Shown here one piece after another: positions 27,497 through 37,356 of a stretch of DNA of 54,214 nucleotides (its first letter is position 1; the number at the start of each line of letters is the position of its first letter). The notes beneath the pieces were generated by a model. It was given only the letters and a program-made list of their open reading frames with translations. It ran no database searches and was not told the DNA's origin. The DNA is taken from the IMG/VR virus record IMGVR_UViG_3300002026_000174, positions 1 through 54,214 of that record; one strand, given 5' to 3'. The translations under genes were made by a program, and so were the position numbers. The stretch is from a virus (taxonomy: Duplodnaviria > Caudoviricetes).

Positions 27497-29023
27497 CTAC
27501 CTCTTATTAAAAAACGGCGAGAGAACGAGGCTCATGGGTAGTTTTTTGTTGCCCGAGAGGTTAGAGGTACTACCAACTAGCAATACAGCGGCAGTGGCAT
27601 TAAAAGGCACACAAAAGATTCGACCATCAGGTAATAAAACACCGTTACCCAACCCGACTGTAGAAAATACCCCAGGTGCGATGATTTGGGTATTGGTGAC
27701 CGGGTCATAGATTTTGGAGTTGCTAGTAAGCCAGGCGTGGCAATAGACCCGGCCATCAGGTAAAAGTGTACCGCTATGTATACCATCTGATCCAGGATAT
27801 GTGCCAGCGGGTGTGGACACGGTGTTGGTGACCGGGTCATAGATGCGTGCCGTCGTGGAGTTGTAAGGGACACAAAACACCCGACCATCGGGGAGCAGCA
27901 CCCCACCGACAAATGCGGAGTTACCCGGGTAAGTTCCGTTTGGTATAACGAGGGTATTAGCCACCGGATCATAGATGCGCGCTGTGGTGCTGGTACCCGG
28001 GACTAAAAACACACGACCGTCGGGTAAAAGCACGCCTCCATAAAACGCACTGGATCCAGGGTAGACACCAGGAGGATTACTGAGACTGTTGGTGGCGGGG
28101 TTATAGATTAACCCAATTGTCTCGTTACACGGCACACAAAAGACCCGGCCATCTGGTAGCAACACCCCACCCCAATAGCTACCCTCCAAAGCAGCCGTAG
28201 ACCCTCCCGGGGTGCTCAGCGTGTCGGTCATGGGGTCATAGATGCGCGCTGTCGAAGAACCGTTAGGTACACAAAACACCCGACCATCTTTCAACAACAC
28301 GCCACCACAAAACGCACTTACCCCAGGGTACGTCCCGGTTGGCGTGACCAGTGTATCGGTGACGGGGTCATAGATCCGTGCGGTAGTCGAACCGCTAGGT
28401 ACACAAAACACCCGACCATCGGGCAGCAATACCCCACCGTGAAATCCGGAAGCGCCAGGATACACGCCGCTGGCCGTTACTGGTGCATAACTCGCCAGTG
28501 GGGCTTTACGCACCTCGGTGATGATCGCCTGCAACTTGCTCTGAAAGGTCGGCCAGCCCGACCCCACTTGTCCGTTGACGGCCGTGTTCCACTGGGGAAA
28601 GCCCGTCGTCAGATCGGTCACGTTGGCGGTATTGGCCACAGCTGCCGCAATGGACGCCGTCATCTGTTGTTTCGTGGTGATCTGCATCGCCACCGTCGCA
28701 TCGCCTGACAACGCCAACGCCCCTGTCATCGTCCCACCGGCCACGGGCACTTTCCCCGTGATCGTGAGCGCATCCACATACCCCTTGCTCGCTGCATGCA
28801 GTGCCAAGCTCGGCGTCGCAAAGAGTGTCACATTACCCGTGAACGCTGTACCTGAGAGACTTGCCAAGCCATTCAAGCGACTCTGCACGTTCCCCACAAT
28901 CCCACTCAAGTAGTTCATCTGCACCGCTGTCACGTTCAAAGCGTCCAGAAACGCCTGAGCTGCTGCTTGCAAACCGCTGCTACCGTTAGCAGGCGCCAGC
29001 ATGGTCTCAAAAGTTAACCGCAT
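27497..29023 (-). CDS. Second Kelch-propeller fibre/receptor-binding protein (paralog of 23058-24593)
   Basis: Same architecture; shares NVTDLTTGFPQWNTAVN and the C-terminus NLSGNKKLPxxLVLSPFFN; AGGAG RBS. Confidence 0.85.
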   Translation of the reverse strand: MRLTFETMLAPANGSSGLQAAAQAFLDALNVTAVQMNYLSGIVGNVQSRLNGLASLSGTAFTGNVTLFATPSLALHAASKGYVDALTITGKVPVAGGTMTGALALSGDATVAMQITTKQQMTASIAAAVANTANVTDLTTGFPQWNTAVNGQVGSGWPTFQSKLQAIITEVRKAPLASYAPVTASGVYPGASGFHGGVLLPDGRVFCVPSGSTTARIYDPVTDTLVTPTGTYPGVSAFCGGVLLKDGRVFCVPNGSSTARIYDPMTDTLSTPGGSTAALEGSYWGGVLLPDGRVFCVPCNETIGLIYNPATNSLSNPPGVYPGSSAFYGGVLLPDGRVFLVPGTSTTARIYDPVANTLVIPNGTYPGNSAFVGGVLLPDGRVFCVPYNSTTARIYDPVTNTVSTPAGTYPGSDGIHSGTLLPDGRVYCHAWLTSNSKIYDPVTNTQIIAPGVFSTVGLGNGVLLPDGRIFCVPFNATAAVLLVGSTSNLSGNKKLPMSLVLSPFFNKR

Positions 29024-29052
29024 AATCTCACTCCTAAAAATTGAAAAACCTT

Positions 29053-31653
29053 CTAAGCCGATACTGACAAGTAGCCGCTCAAATTGACCTGACCGCGACT
29101 CAAGATGCGTACCACGTTGGTCATGAACCGGTATTGGTACAAGTTCACGTTGATCACCGTATTACCCACATGAGGTTGGATCTCCACCAGACTGGCGGGT
29201 AGCCCCTTCTTCACGGGGTCCATGGCTAACAAAGCACTGTAGTTGGCATCTAAGAGCGCAATGACCACCCCGTCATCGTACGCCGTCGTGTAGACACTCT
29301 CAGGGATCACTCCTTCGAGCACGTCCACAAGAATCTTACTGATCACCGGACTGTAGAGCACATGCCTTTGACCAATCACATTAAAGTCATTGATCACAGG
29401 CTCCGGCATCACCCGGCTAAAGAAGTCACGCATGCGCTGATCTTTAGCTTTAGCTGCCGTATACCATGCCAGTGTATCTAAACCCGTGACTTGCTTGACG
29501 CTGATCATGGGCTCCGTCATCACGTAAGGGCGACCGTTCAGCGCATCGTTCAGACGCACCGTGTGGTCTTCCTCGGCGTAGCGTACAGACGCTCTGGGGT
29601 AGAGTTTACCTGCCACATAGACACCCATCACGCGATCATCACGGATGTCGTGCACGTTGTTCCTACCCAGCACACCGTTGTTGACCCAGCCTTTGATCTC
29701 CAGGGCATTGATGGCACTCTTATCCAGTGTAAAGCCGTGACACCTCACATGCAGCTTTTGTTTGGGTAAGGTGTAGTCCAAGTAAGACTTATTGCAAATG
29801 CTCACCCACGGGTAAGCCATGAAGTAGTCCACACCTTCGACCAACCGGTAGCCGTTTAAGAAGAGCTCGACATTGGTGTAAGCGATATCTAAAGGAATAC
29901 TAACGGCACTGCCATTGATGTAGCGATGTTGGGTCAAAGGTAAGTGCATCGCCCCTTGGGTGATGTCTAGATCGATATCATAGAGGTTGGGCTCATTCAG
30001 ATAGACCACCGCCACACGCTTGTTAGCGGTCTCATTGACAGACAAGATATCGCCAGTCGAACGGTATACTTTATCTTCGCTATAAGTGATATCTTCCCAT
30101 TCGGTCATGCGGGTATTGTCACTGAACAGGGCACTCGCGACCACATAATCGGAATAAGACAGTGCTATGTCGACTTGGTTGGCATAGTACTCTTTATAGA
30201 CCACCGGTGTTAGCCCCTTGATGAACTCTACATTTGTTACACTGCTAGAAGAACAAACGTACAAAGGCCCCACGGTGGTGCGGTGGCCCAACATCTTACC
30301 TGTACTGTCGTACTCGTACACGGTGCTAGGTTCCTGGTAGAGCTCAGGCACATCGACTGTCAGAGTCACCCCCCTTTGAACGAGGTTATAGCCGTAGTAA
30401 TAGCTCACCGCGTTGTAGCCGATGGCTTGCATGAACATCTCTTTGGTCACTGCAAAGGGGTTGTTGATCGCCGCGATGTTGAAGTAGAGACTGTTCTCAG
30501 TGGACTCAACCCTCAGTTCTGTGATGCTGTCACCACTGCCGTCTAAAGTGTTGAGCTGAGTAGACAGTGGCAGCTTGTAGAACTCGTGGAGTCTCAAGTC
30601 ACTGTAGACCAGTGGACGAGGTGCACCGCCGCGACGGGTGTAGAGCACGAGTTGCTTATCTTGCACAGCACCACCCGTTACAGTGGACAAGTAATTGGCC
30701 ATCGTGTTCACATAGGCACTATTGAACGTGTAGTCTTTATCGGTGCCCATGAACATGGAGCTGGCGCTGTGGCGAAAGTAGAAGACACCGCGGTTGTTAG
30801 CGACGTCACTGGTGGCGACATACACTTCACTGTCATCATAATACTCAATCTCAGGCAGTACCTTCTCGCGCACCAGCAAGTAGCGTGTGCCACCAAACTT
30901 GGTGCTCGTGAACTGGCGCAAAGAGCTGATGGGTACGTAGGTCTTAGAGACCACGCTTTGGTCATAGACGACTTCTACGGCAGAGCCATTGGCAATGTCC
31001 AAGGTCAGCTTGTCGTAAAACAGGCCATTGATGTAGATGAAGCATTTACCCCCTGTGCTCTCACGGCTGGTGATCCACTGCTGCAGAGCGACTTTGTCGA
31101 CGTTGTTATAGACCACACGGTAGTCGTAGTCAATGCCGATGCACACCGGCAGAGTTCGGTAGCCTGGTGTATTGAAGTAAGCGTTGCTGTACACGTGTAT
31201 GGTCAGCGCCTGGCTGTCGAGTAAGCTCTGGGTCATCCCCATATCGCGCTGCACACAGAAGATCAAACTGCTCTCATCGATGAAGCTATAGAAGACTTTG
31301 CTGCGCACATGCATCACACCGTTGTGGTCATACGCGTGCAGAATATAGTCCCGAGTCTTCATGTCATCAGCGACATTAACCCACACATCCCTGAACCACT
31401 CGTGCCCCTGCTTGAGCATGTTCAAAAATGTCGGAGAGAGGTTTCCCAGCACGTAGACGTCATACTGTACCGTCATGTCAGGCAGACGCTTGGTGATGTT
31501 GTAGACGCTCACAGACCCCTTAACGGGCTTAGCGTTGACCTTCACCAAACTAAAGGAGTACTGGCTGTCTTGCTTAGACGCACAGTAAATATTCTTCATG
31601 AAGAAGTCGACGATGGGTAACACAATGGATCCTTTCAATACAGTACACACCAC
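29053..31653 (-). CDS. Large virion structural protein (phiKZ-like baseplate cluster)
   Basis: About 850-aa ORF with LFLNGYRLVEGVDY and DIRDDRV motifs, next to the sheath gene; start uncertain. Confidence 0.7.
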   Translation of the reverse strand: MVCTVLKGSIVLPIVDFFMKNIYCASKQDSQYSFSLVKVNAKPVKGSVSVYNITKRLPDMTVQYDVYVLGNLSPTFLNMLKQGHEWFRDVWVNVADDMKTRDYILHAYDHNGVMHVRSKVFYSFIDESSLIFCVQRDMGMTQSLLDSQALTIHVYSNAYFNTPGYRTLPVCIGIDYDYRVVYNNVDKVALQQWITSRESTGGKCFIYINGLFYDKLTLDIANGSAVEVVYDQSVVSKTYVPISSLRQFTSTKFGGTRYLLVREKVLPEIEYYDDSEVYVATSDVANNRGVFYFRHSASSMFMGTDKDYTFNSAYVNTMANYLSTVTGGAVQDKQLVLYTRRGGAPRPLVYSDLRLHEFYKLPLSTQLNTLDGSGDSITELRVESTENSLYFNIAAINNPFAVTKEMFMQAIGYNAVSYYYGYNLVQRGVTLTVDVPELYQEPSTVYEYDSTGKMLGHRTTVGPLYVCSSSSVTNVEFIKGLTPVVYKEYYANQVDIALSYSDYVVASALFSDNTRMTEWEDITYSEDKVYRSTGDILSVNETANKRVAVVYLNEPNLYDIDLDITQGAMHLPLTQHRYINGSAVSIPLDIAYTNVELFLNGYRLVEGVDYFMAYPWVSICNKSYLDYTLPKQKLHVRCHGFTLDKSAINALEIKGWVNNGVLGRNNVHDIRDDRVMGVYVAGKLYPRASVRYAEEDHTVRLNDALNGRPYVMTEPMISVKQVTGLDTLAWYTAAKAKDQRMRDFFSRVMPEPVINDFNVIGQRHVLYSPVISKILVDVLEGVIPESVYTTAYDDGVVIALLDANYSALLAMDPVKKGLPASLVEIQPHVGNTVINVNLYQYRFMTNVVRILSRGQVNLSGYLSVSA

Positions 31654-31693
31654 CCTGCGTGCTTAAGACAGCAGGGTGGAATGTGTCTCATGC

Positions 31694-32632
31694 TTACTCT
31701 TTGAACGCACCGACGACGCCCTCTAAAGCCTTCAAGAACTCAGCACCTTTGTCTTTCTTGTTCAGGCGAGCGACGATCTGACCCAAACTACTCTTGCTGT
31801 AGCTTTTGCTCTCCAAAGCGGCTTGGACCATGCTCACAAACACTGGAGGGTATTCTAAGCCCACCATGATGTTTTCCTTGGCGTTCAGACCAAACCAGCT
31901 GTTGGCAATCACGGTGCTGAGCACGGCCATGTTCAGGCCTTTCAAGCGCACGTTATCGGTGACGGCGTAGCATGCCTCACAGAAGCTCTCGGCGTTACTG
32001 AGTTTGTGGCCGACCTTCTTGAAGATGTCACCCATCAACTCTTCGCTCAGTAAGAACTCGCTCTTAAAGCGAATGTAGAGCTTATCGGCCTCATCTTGGT
32101 CCAACTTCTCTACAAAGAGACTGTGGTAATACAGCAGTGCGAGCACCTTCAACTTGAACGTATCGCCTAGATCCAGGCCAAATCGCTTGGCTAAATTATC
32201 TGATAACCAGGCGCTAAATACGACATAGCCGAATTTGAGGTCTCTGAGTTCACCCATCCGACCCACAAACCAGAGATTGCTCAAGATATACTTGTTGACG
32301 GTGAAGGTGTACTCGCTCTCGTTTCTCACCTCGATGTCCGTCTTGTCCTTATTGGGCTTGGTGCAGAACCGTAAATCCAATACACTGATCTTGTTGCTCG
32401 CATCCACGAGTGCCTGAGTGATGTGATCAATGTCTTGCTCAAGCGTGCTGAGCCCACACAGCACCACTGGGTCCAAATACACCTCAGCGTTACTAAAGCT
32501 CTTTAACTTCAACGCGAGCTTTTCCTTGATAAAGTAGTAGTCAATGATGACGTACTTCCTGACGTTCTCCAATACCTTATCCCGGTTGAGTATGCTCAAA
32601 TAGGACGTGTCATACGCCGTCTTGTTAATCAT
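31694..32632 (-). CDS. Virion structural protein divergent from the sheath gene
   Basis: 312-aa ORF (TAYDT N-terminus, SWFG, LEYPP); arrangement resembles phiKZ-like tail clusters. Confidence 0.7.
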   Translation of the reverse strand: MINKTAYDTSYLSILNRDKVLENVRKYVIIDYYFIKEKLALKLKSFSNAEVYLDPVVLCGLSTLEQDIDHITQALVDASNKISVLDLRFCTKPNKDKTDIEVRNESEYTFTVNKYILSNLWFVGRMGELRDLKFGYVVFSAWLSDNLAKRFGLDLGDTFKLKVLALLYYHSLFVEKLDQDEADKLYIRFKSEFLLSEELMGDIFKKVGHKLSNAESFCEACYAVTDNVRLKGLNMAVLSTVIANSWFGLNAKENIMVGLEYPPVFVSMVQAALESKSYSKSSLGQIVARLNKKDKGAEFLKALEGVVGAFKE

Positions 32633-32770
32633 GGATAGCCCCTAATCTAATGGAAAATATGCCGATGTGTGATCCAGGCGTCTATGCTGTTTTACTACCC
32701 GCCTAGTGCCTAAAGCCAAACAATTTCCACCCCCAGTTTTTTATCCACCGTCCAGTTATCAGGAGTAGTT

Positions 32771-34876
32771 ATGCAAGACATCGTCAACGCGGCTCCCATG
32801 GTCATTGATCTTGGCACTCAAGATCTCTCGACTCGGGTCGTTCCCCAGAACTCGCTGAGCATCCCTCAGCATCTGCCCAAGCTCTACATCTTCGCAGAGA
32901 AAGGCCCCATCGGTCCCGCGTACGTTGATTTCGCCAGCGTGTCTCTGACACAGCTCTATGGCGATGAGACCTTCAACCTGCTCAACAAGTACTTCACTCA
33001 CCAGACCGTTTTTGCTTCCGCCATCGCTGGCGCCGGTAACAACTGCGTCATCCAACGCGTCGTCCCTGATGACGCTCAAGATGCTGCCAACGTGACCTTG
33101 TACCTGGACGTGCTTCCCACCCAAGTGCCTCTGTACCAAAAGAACACCGATGGCTCTGTGGTTGTAGATGCCAACAACCTGCCTATCCCTCAAAAAGACG
33201 GCACCGGTGCCGTCATCAACATCCCTGGCTTCAAAGTCAAGTGGGTCGCTGATCACAGTGAAGCCGCAGTCGGTGCTTACACGCCTGGCCTGAAAACGGT
33301 TCGCCCTGGCACTCAGATCGATACCACCACTTCCGTGCAGTCCACTCAGACCCCGGTCTTTGAGTTCTTCGCCAAATACGCCGGTGAATACGGCAACAAA
33401 CTCGCTATTCGCATGTTCCCAGCTTTGCAGTCGGATATGACCCCATTCCCCGACTACATCCTGACCGACATGAAGAACTTCCCCTACTACTTCCAGTTGG
33501 TCAAGCTCATCAATGCCGACACTGGCAAAGTCCAAGCCCTCACCAATTCCGCCCTGATTACTTCGACGAAGTTCATCCTGGACAACAACGTCCTGGATAT
33601 CAACACCGAAGAGCGCATCGGCCTGGAAACTGCGGTCAACACTGGCAAGGCCGAATACGCTATCCCCGAGGAGACCCGTCAACTCGGTGGTCTGTATGTC
33701 TACAAAAGCAACCTGAGCACCGCTTTGCAGCAGCTCTATGATGCCGAAAAGATCATCTCTGACAGCCACAAAGATGCGGTCATCAACAACACCGATAACA
33801 ACCTCTTCGCGCTGAACCTGATCAACTTCGTGAGCTCCAATGGCTCGCCTTACCAGTCGATCAAACTCATCGATGACGTGGACTCCATTCGCCTGACCAA
33901 GAACACCAACGTGTACTTGAAAGGTGCCTCGGACGGCACGATCAGCTTGGGTGCTTTGGACGCTTTGGTGGCACAGGACCTGGAGCTCTACAACAGCGCG
34001 ATTTCTGAATACAACGACTTGGTGATGCATCCGGAATCCATCATCTATGACTCCGGTTTCACGCTGGCTACGAAAAAGGCTTTTGCCAAGTTCATCTCTC
34101 GCCGTAAAGACACCTTTGTGGTGCTCTCGACCATGGCGCACGATAATCCCTCAGTGGATCTGAACTCGCAGTACTCCGTAGGCGTGGCGCTGAAGACGAT
34201 GTTGGAACTCTACCCTGAGTCCTCGGCTTTTGGTACGCCAGTTACTCGCGGCATGATTTCGATCGGCAGTGGTAAATTGGTTACCTCGAACTACGACCAG
34301 CGCGTCCCGCTGACCTATGAAGTCGCATATATGGCCGCTCGGTACATGGGTGCGTCTAACGGTGCTTGGAAGAATGGTTTTGCGTTTGACCACGCGCCTA
34401 ATTCCATCGTGACCCAACTCAAAGACATCGATATCACTTGGGTACCAGCGAGCACCCGCAATAACTTGTGGACGGTTGGGTTGAACTTCGTGCTCAACTA
34501 CAAACCACGCACGCAGTTCTTCCCCGCAATGAAGACAGTCTACTCTGGTGGTGACACATCTGTACTCAACAGCTTCTTTACGGCAGTGGCCATCAGTTTT
34601 GTCACGAAGATCATCCATGCCAGCTGGCGTGAGTATACCGGCGCAATAAGCTTCACAAATGCCCAACTGGAAGAAGCTGTCAACGGCTTCATTGCTGAAA
34701 AAGTGAAGGACAAATTTGACGGAAAATTTGTGATTATCCCTAACGTAACCGTCACGGAACGCGACAATCTCAATGGTTTCAGTTGGACTACGGAGGTGAA
34801 ATTTTTTAGTAATAACATGCGCACAGTTTGTACGGCATTCGTCAGTGCCCGTCGTATGAGCGATCTGGCTCAGTGA
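32771..34876 (+). CDS. Tail sheath protein (phiKZ gp29-like)
   Basis: 701 aa; IVNAAP, PQHLP, YDSGF motifs; AGGAG RBS; strong codon bias; upstream of the tube gene. Confidence 0.85.
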   Translation: MQDIVNAAPMVIDLGTQDLSTRVVPQNSLSIPQHLPKLYIFAEKGPIGPAYVDFASVSLTQLYGDETFNLLNKYFTHQTVFASAIAGAGNNCVIQRVVPDDAQDAANVTLYLDVLPTQVPLYQKNTDGSVVVDANNLPIPQKDGTGAVINIPGFKVKWVADHSEAAVGAYTPGLKTVRPGTQIDTTTSVQSTQTPVFEFFAKYAGEYGNKLAIRMFPALQSDMTPFPDYILTDMKNFPYYFQLVKLINADTGKVQALTNSALITSTKFILDNNVLDINTEERIGLETAVNTGKAEYAIPEETRQLGGLYVYKSNLSTALQQLYDAEKIISDSHKDAVINNTDNNLFALNLINFVSSNGSPYQSIKLIDDVDSIRLTKNTNVYLKGASDGTISLGALDALVAQDLELYNSAISEYNDLVMHPESIIYDSGFTLATKKAFAKFISRRKDTFVVLSTMAHDNPSVDLNSQYSVGVALKTMLELYPESSAFGTPVTRGMISIGSGKLVTSNYDQRVPLTYEVAYMAARYMGASNGAWKNGFAFDHAPNSIVTQLKDIDITWVPASTRNNLWTVGLNFVLNYKPRTQFFPAMKTVYSGGDTSVLNSFFTAVAISFVTKIIHASWREYTGAISFTNAQLEEAVNGFIAEKVKDKFDGKFVIIPNVTVTERDNLNGFSWTTEVKFFSNNMRTVCTAFVSARRMSDLAQ

Positions 34877-34890
34877 TATGACATAACCAG

Positions 34891-34922
34891 ACAGGTGATC
34901 GTTGAGAACTTCGATCACCTGT
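34891..34922 (+). terminator. Hairpin after the sheath gene
   Basis: 11-bp stem ACAGGTGATCG/CGATCACCTGT. Confidence 0.55.
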
Positions 34923-34968
34923 TTGCAATACCTTGAACCAAAGCCAGCTAATTATTAGGAGTATTTAA

Positions 34969-35028
34969 ATGAGTCGATTGTCAGATGCTTTAGTCTCTGG
35001 GGCATACGCTCGGGATCGTTTATTTTAA
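34969..35028 (+). pseudogene. Orphaned copy of the tail-tube gene 5' end (19 aa)
   Basis: TTAGGAGT RBS then MSRLSDALVSGAYARDRLF*, matching the tube N-terminus MSRLSDALLTGAY. Confidence 0.85.
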
Positions 35029-36336
35029 ACCTGTTGAAAACATTTTATTTAACTTGTCCATTAGAAAAGATTCTATTTTGTTGTTATCAAGAACAACATA
35101 TGGAACAGTGATGAGTTTACCATTAAACAATTCAACTAATCTTTTTTTACAATAATCAGATACTTTTTGTTCTTTGAACCCATCCAAATCTCTGTGAAAG
35201 AACTCCACATATCTGTAGTGTTGCATGCCATGAAACTCAATGAAGACGTTGTGGTCAGGTAAGTAAAAGTCATATCTGAATTTGTTATTTGGTAGTTTGT
35301 GCTCCCGAACATAGTTAACGCCATGTTTGTCCAAAATTTCAGCTATCTTTAATTCCCCTTTAGAATCACTGCATTTTCTACACCCGCATTTGTCGTTAAC
35401 GTGCACAGACGGAGTTTGTTCAAACGGGCCGTGTATAGGGCAGATTATTGTTACTTTATCAAGGTAACCAAAATACTCAACCTTGCTGTAGTCGTATCTG
35501 TCGCCATGCACCTCTCTAGCTTTAGCGATGAACTCCTCTGTGGTCGTTCTTCTGTTTTCAAAATTACAATCAGGACAAATACTGGTAATGTGCACGGCCG
35601 GGGTTTGTTGAAACTCGCCGTGTATAGGGCAGATTATTGTTACTTTAGTGGTATTATTTATGTATACCGTTTTACTATAATCATACTTGTCGCCATGCTT
35701 TTCGCGGGCTTTAGCTATGAACTGATCTAAGCCTAACGACCTATCGTTTACCCCACATAGGTAACATTTTTTACCTTCTAAATGCGTGGTTGGTTTTTGT
35801 TGAAACGGGCCGTGCGCCGGGCAGATTATAGATACAGGCACTCTTGATGTGACGTAGTTAACTTGGCTGTAGTCGTATCTGTCGCCATGTACCTTTCTAG
35901 CTTTAGCGATGAACTCCTCTGCGTTTGATCTTATTTTTACAGAGCGACAAGCAGGGCAGTTAAACCCTCTGAGGAAATGAAAGGGGAGATATTGAAATTC
36001 CCCGTGCTCTTTACAAATAACGGTTATTTTAGAATCTCGCGAGGTGTAGTTAACTTGGCTGTAGTCGTATCTGTCGCCATGCACCTTTCTAGCTTTAGCG
36101 ATGAACTCCTCTGTGGTCAGTCTAACACACATAGGTGAGCATAGTGGACAATCACTGTCTATATGTATAGATGGTTTCTGCTGGAACTCCCCGTGAATCG
36201 GACACAATATCGTGACAGGAGTTTGCATGTCTTTGTAACACATTTTGCTATAGTCGTACTTGTCCCCGTGTTTAGCCTTGGCTTTAAGAATGAATTTCTT
36301 AGCATTTAATGCTATTGTTACTTTCATATTTTTCAT
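35020..36336 (-). CDS. Free-standing putative homing endonuclease (five zinc-ribbon repeats plus Vsr/DUF559-like nuclease)
   Basis: Five FIAKARxxHGDxYDYS...IICPxHGxFxQxPxxH...CxxC repeats; C-terminal FRYDFYLPDHNVFIEFHGMQHY; AT-rich; antisense to the structural operon. Confidence 0.85.
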   Translation of the reverse strand: MKNMKVTIALNAKKFILKAKAKHGDKYDYSKMCYKDMQTPVTILCPIHGEFQQKPSIHIDSDCPLCSPMCVRLTTEEFIAKARKVHGDRYDYSQVNYTSRDSKITVICKEHGEFQYLPFHFLRGFNCPACRSVKIRSNAEEFIAKARKVHGDRYDYSQVNYVTSRVPVSIICPAHGPFQQKPTTHLEGKKCYLCGVNDRSLGLDQFIAKAREKHGDKYDYSKTVYINNTTKVTIICPIHGEFQQTPAVHITSICPDCNFENRRTTTEEFIAKAREVHGDRYDYSKVEYFGYLDKVTIICPIHGPFEQTPSVHVNDKCGCRKCSDSKGELKIAEILDKHGVNYVREHKLPNNKFRYDFYLPDHNVFIEFHGMQHYRYVEFFHRDLDGFKEQKVSDYCKKRLVELFNGKLITVPYVVLDNNKIESFLMDKLNKMFSTGLK

Positions 36337-36362
36337 TTTTTAACCTATCTTAGGAGTGTGTA

Positions 36363-37235
36363 ATGAGTAGACTTTCAGACGCTTTATTGACTGGAGCGTA
36401 CAACAACAGTAATCAAAACATAGACATGCTAGATCTTCAGTACGGCGGCCAAAATGGGTATGCACCCGATTTGACCAGCTGGGTTTCCAACCAATCATAT
36501 ACATCCAGACCGCTTGTCTGCGTCATGCTTGAAGCACCACGCCTTTTCACCGCCATGCCCAACCCCGAGAAATGGGTTGCCAGCTTGAAGTCGCTCTTTG
36601 AGCTGCATGCACGCACCATCGATGGCTTCAACGCCGGCCTCAAGGTCGACTTTGACGAGCATCCCGTGGGTGGAGCTGGTGAGCAGCACCAAGAGTTCAC
36701 CAACGTCACCCGTGAGCGTACGCAGCCCAAGTTCACCTTCGTGGAGAAGTACGGTCGCCCGATCCAGACGTTGTTGGAGTACTGGATTCGCTACGGTATG
36801 ATGGATGAGAACAGCAAATTTGCGCTGGCCTCTACCTTGACCGGTGGCCAAACCACTGACCTGCTGGCCGATTGGTACACTGCGACTTGCCTCTTCTTTG
36901 TGCCAGATCCTCTGCATAAAAAGGTCGACAAGGCGTGGATCACCACCAACATGGCACCTATGTCTACCGGTGACATCACCGCCAAGCGTGACCTGACCAC
37001 CGCACAAGAGATCCTGACCTTGGACATCGAGTTCACGGGTATCTCTCAGTACGGTCTGGGCGTGAAGAACTTTGCCCAAGGGATCTTGGATGGCATCAAC
37101 ATCAACAACGCTGATCCTTACATGCGTCCCGCCTTTGTGAGCGGTGTCTCCGCTGACGTGGCTGCTGCTAACAAGGGTTACAAGCAGCGCGCTGAAGAGG
37201 TCGGTAGCAGCTCTGTGACCAACATGTCCCGATAG
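36363..37235 (+). CDS. Tail tube protein (phiKZ gp30-like)
   Basis: 290 aa downstream of sheath; GGQNG, EKYGRPI, WIRYGMMD motifs; TTAGGAGT RBS. Confidence 0.8.
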   Translation: MSRLSDALLTGAYNNSNQNIDMLDLQYGGQNGYAPDLTSWVSNQSYTSRPLVCVMLEAPRLFTAMPNPEKWVASLKSLFELHARTIDGFNAGLKVDFDEHPVGGAGEQHQEFTNVTRERTQPKFTFVEKYGRPIQTLLEYWIRYGMMDENSKFALASTLTGGQTTDLLADWYTATCLFFVPDPLHKKVDKAWITTNMAPMSTGDITAKRDLTTAQEILTLDIEFTGISQYGLGVKNFAQGILDGININNADPYMRPAFVSGVSADVAAANKGYKQRAEEVGSSSVTNMSR

Positions 37236-37356
37236 TCCCGACTATCGGTACGTGTCGCGTAGCACCATGTCCCGTTAAAGCCGGTAACCAGTACGAGTAC
37301 GAGACCAGAGACCCACCATAGTCTCTGGTCTGTCTCTACCGTTTGAAAGATCTCTT

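Noticed and set aside
23058-29023. Diversity-generating retroelement acting on the paired fibre genes
   Set aside because: No reverse transcriptase in the window and the differences are not adenine-specific
34969-36363. An intron interrupting the tube gene
   Set aside because: No group I P/Q/R/S or group II end motifs seen, and the downstream copy has its own RBS and full N-terminus, so splicing is unnecessary
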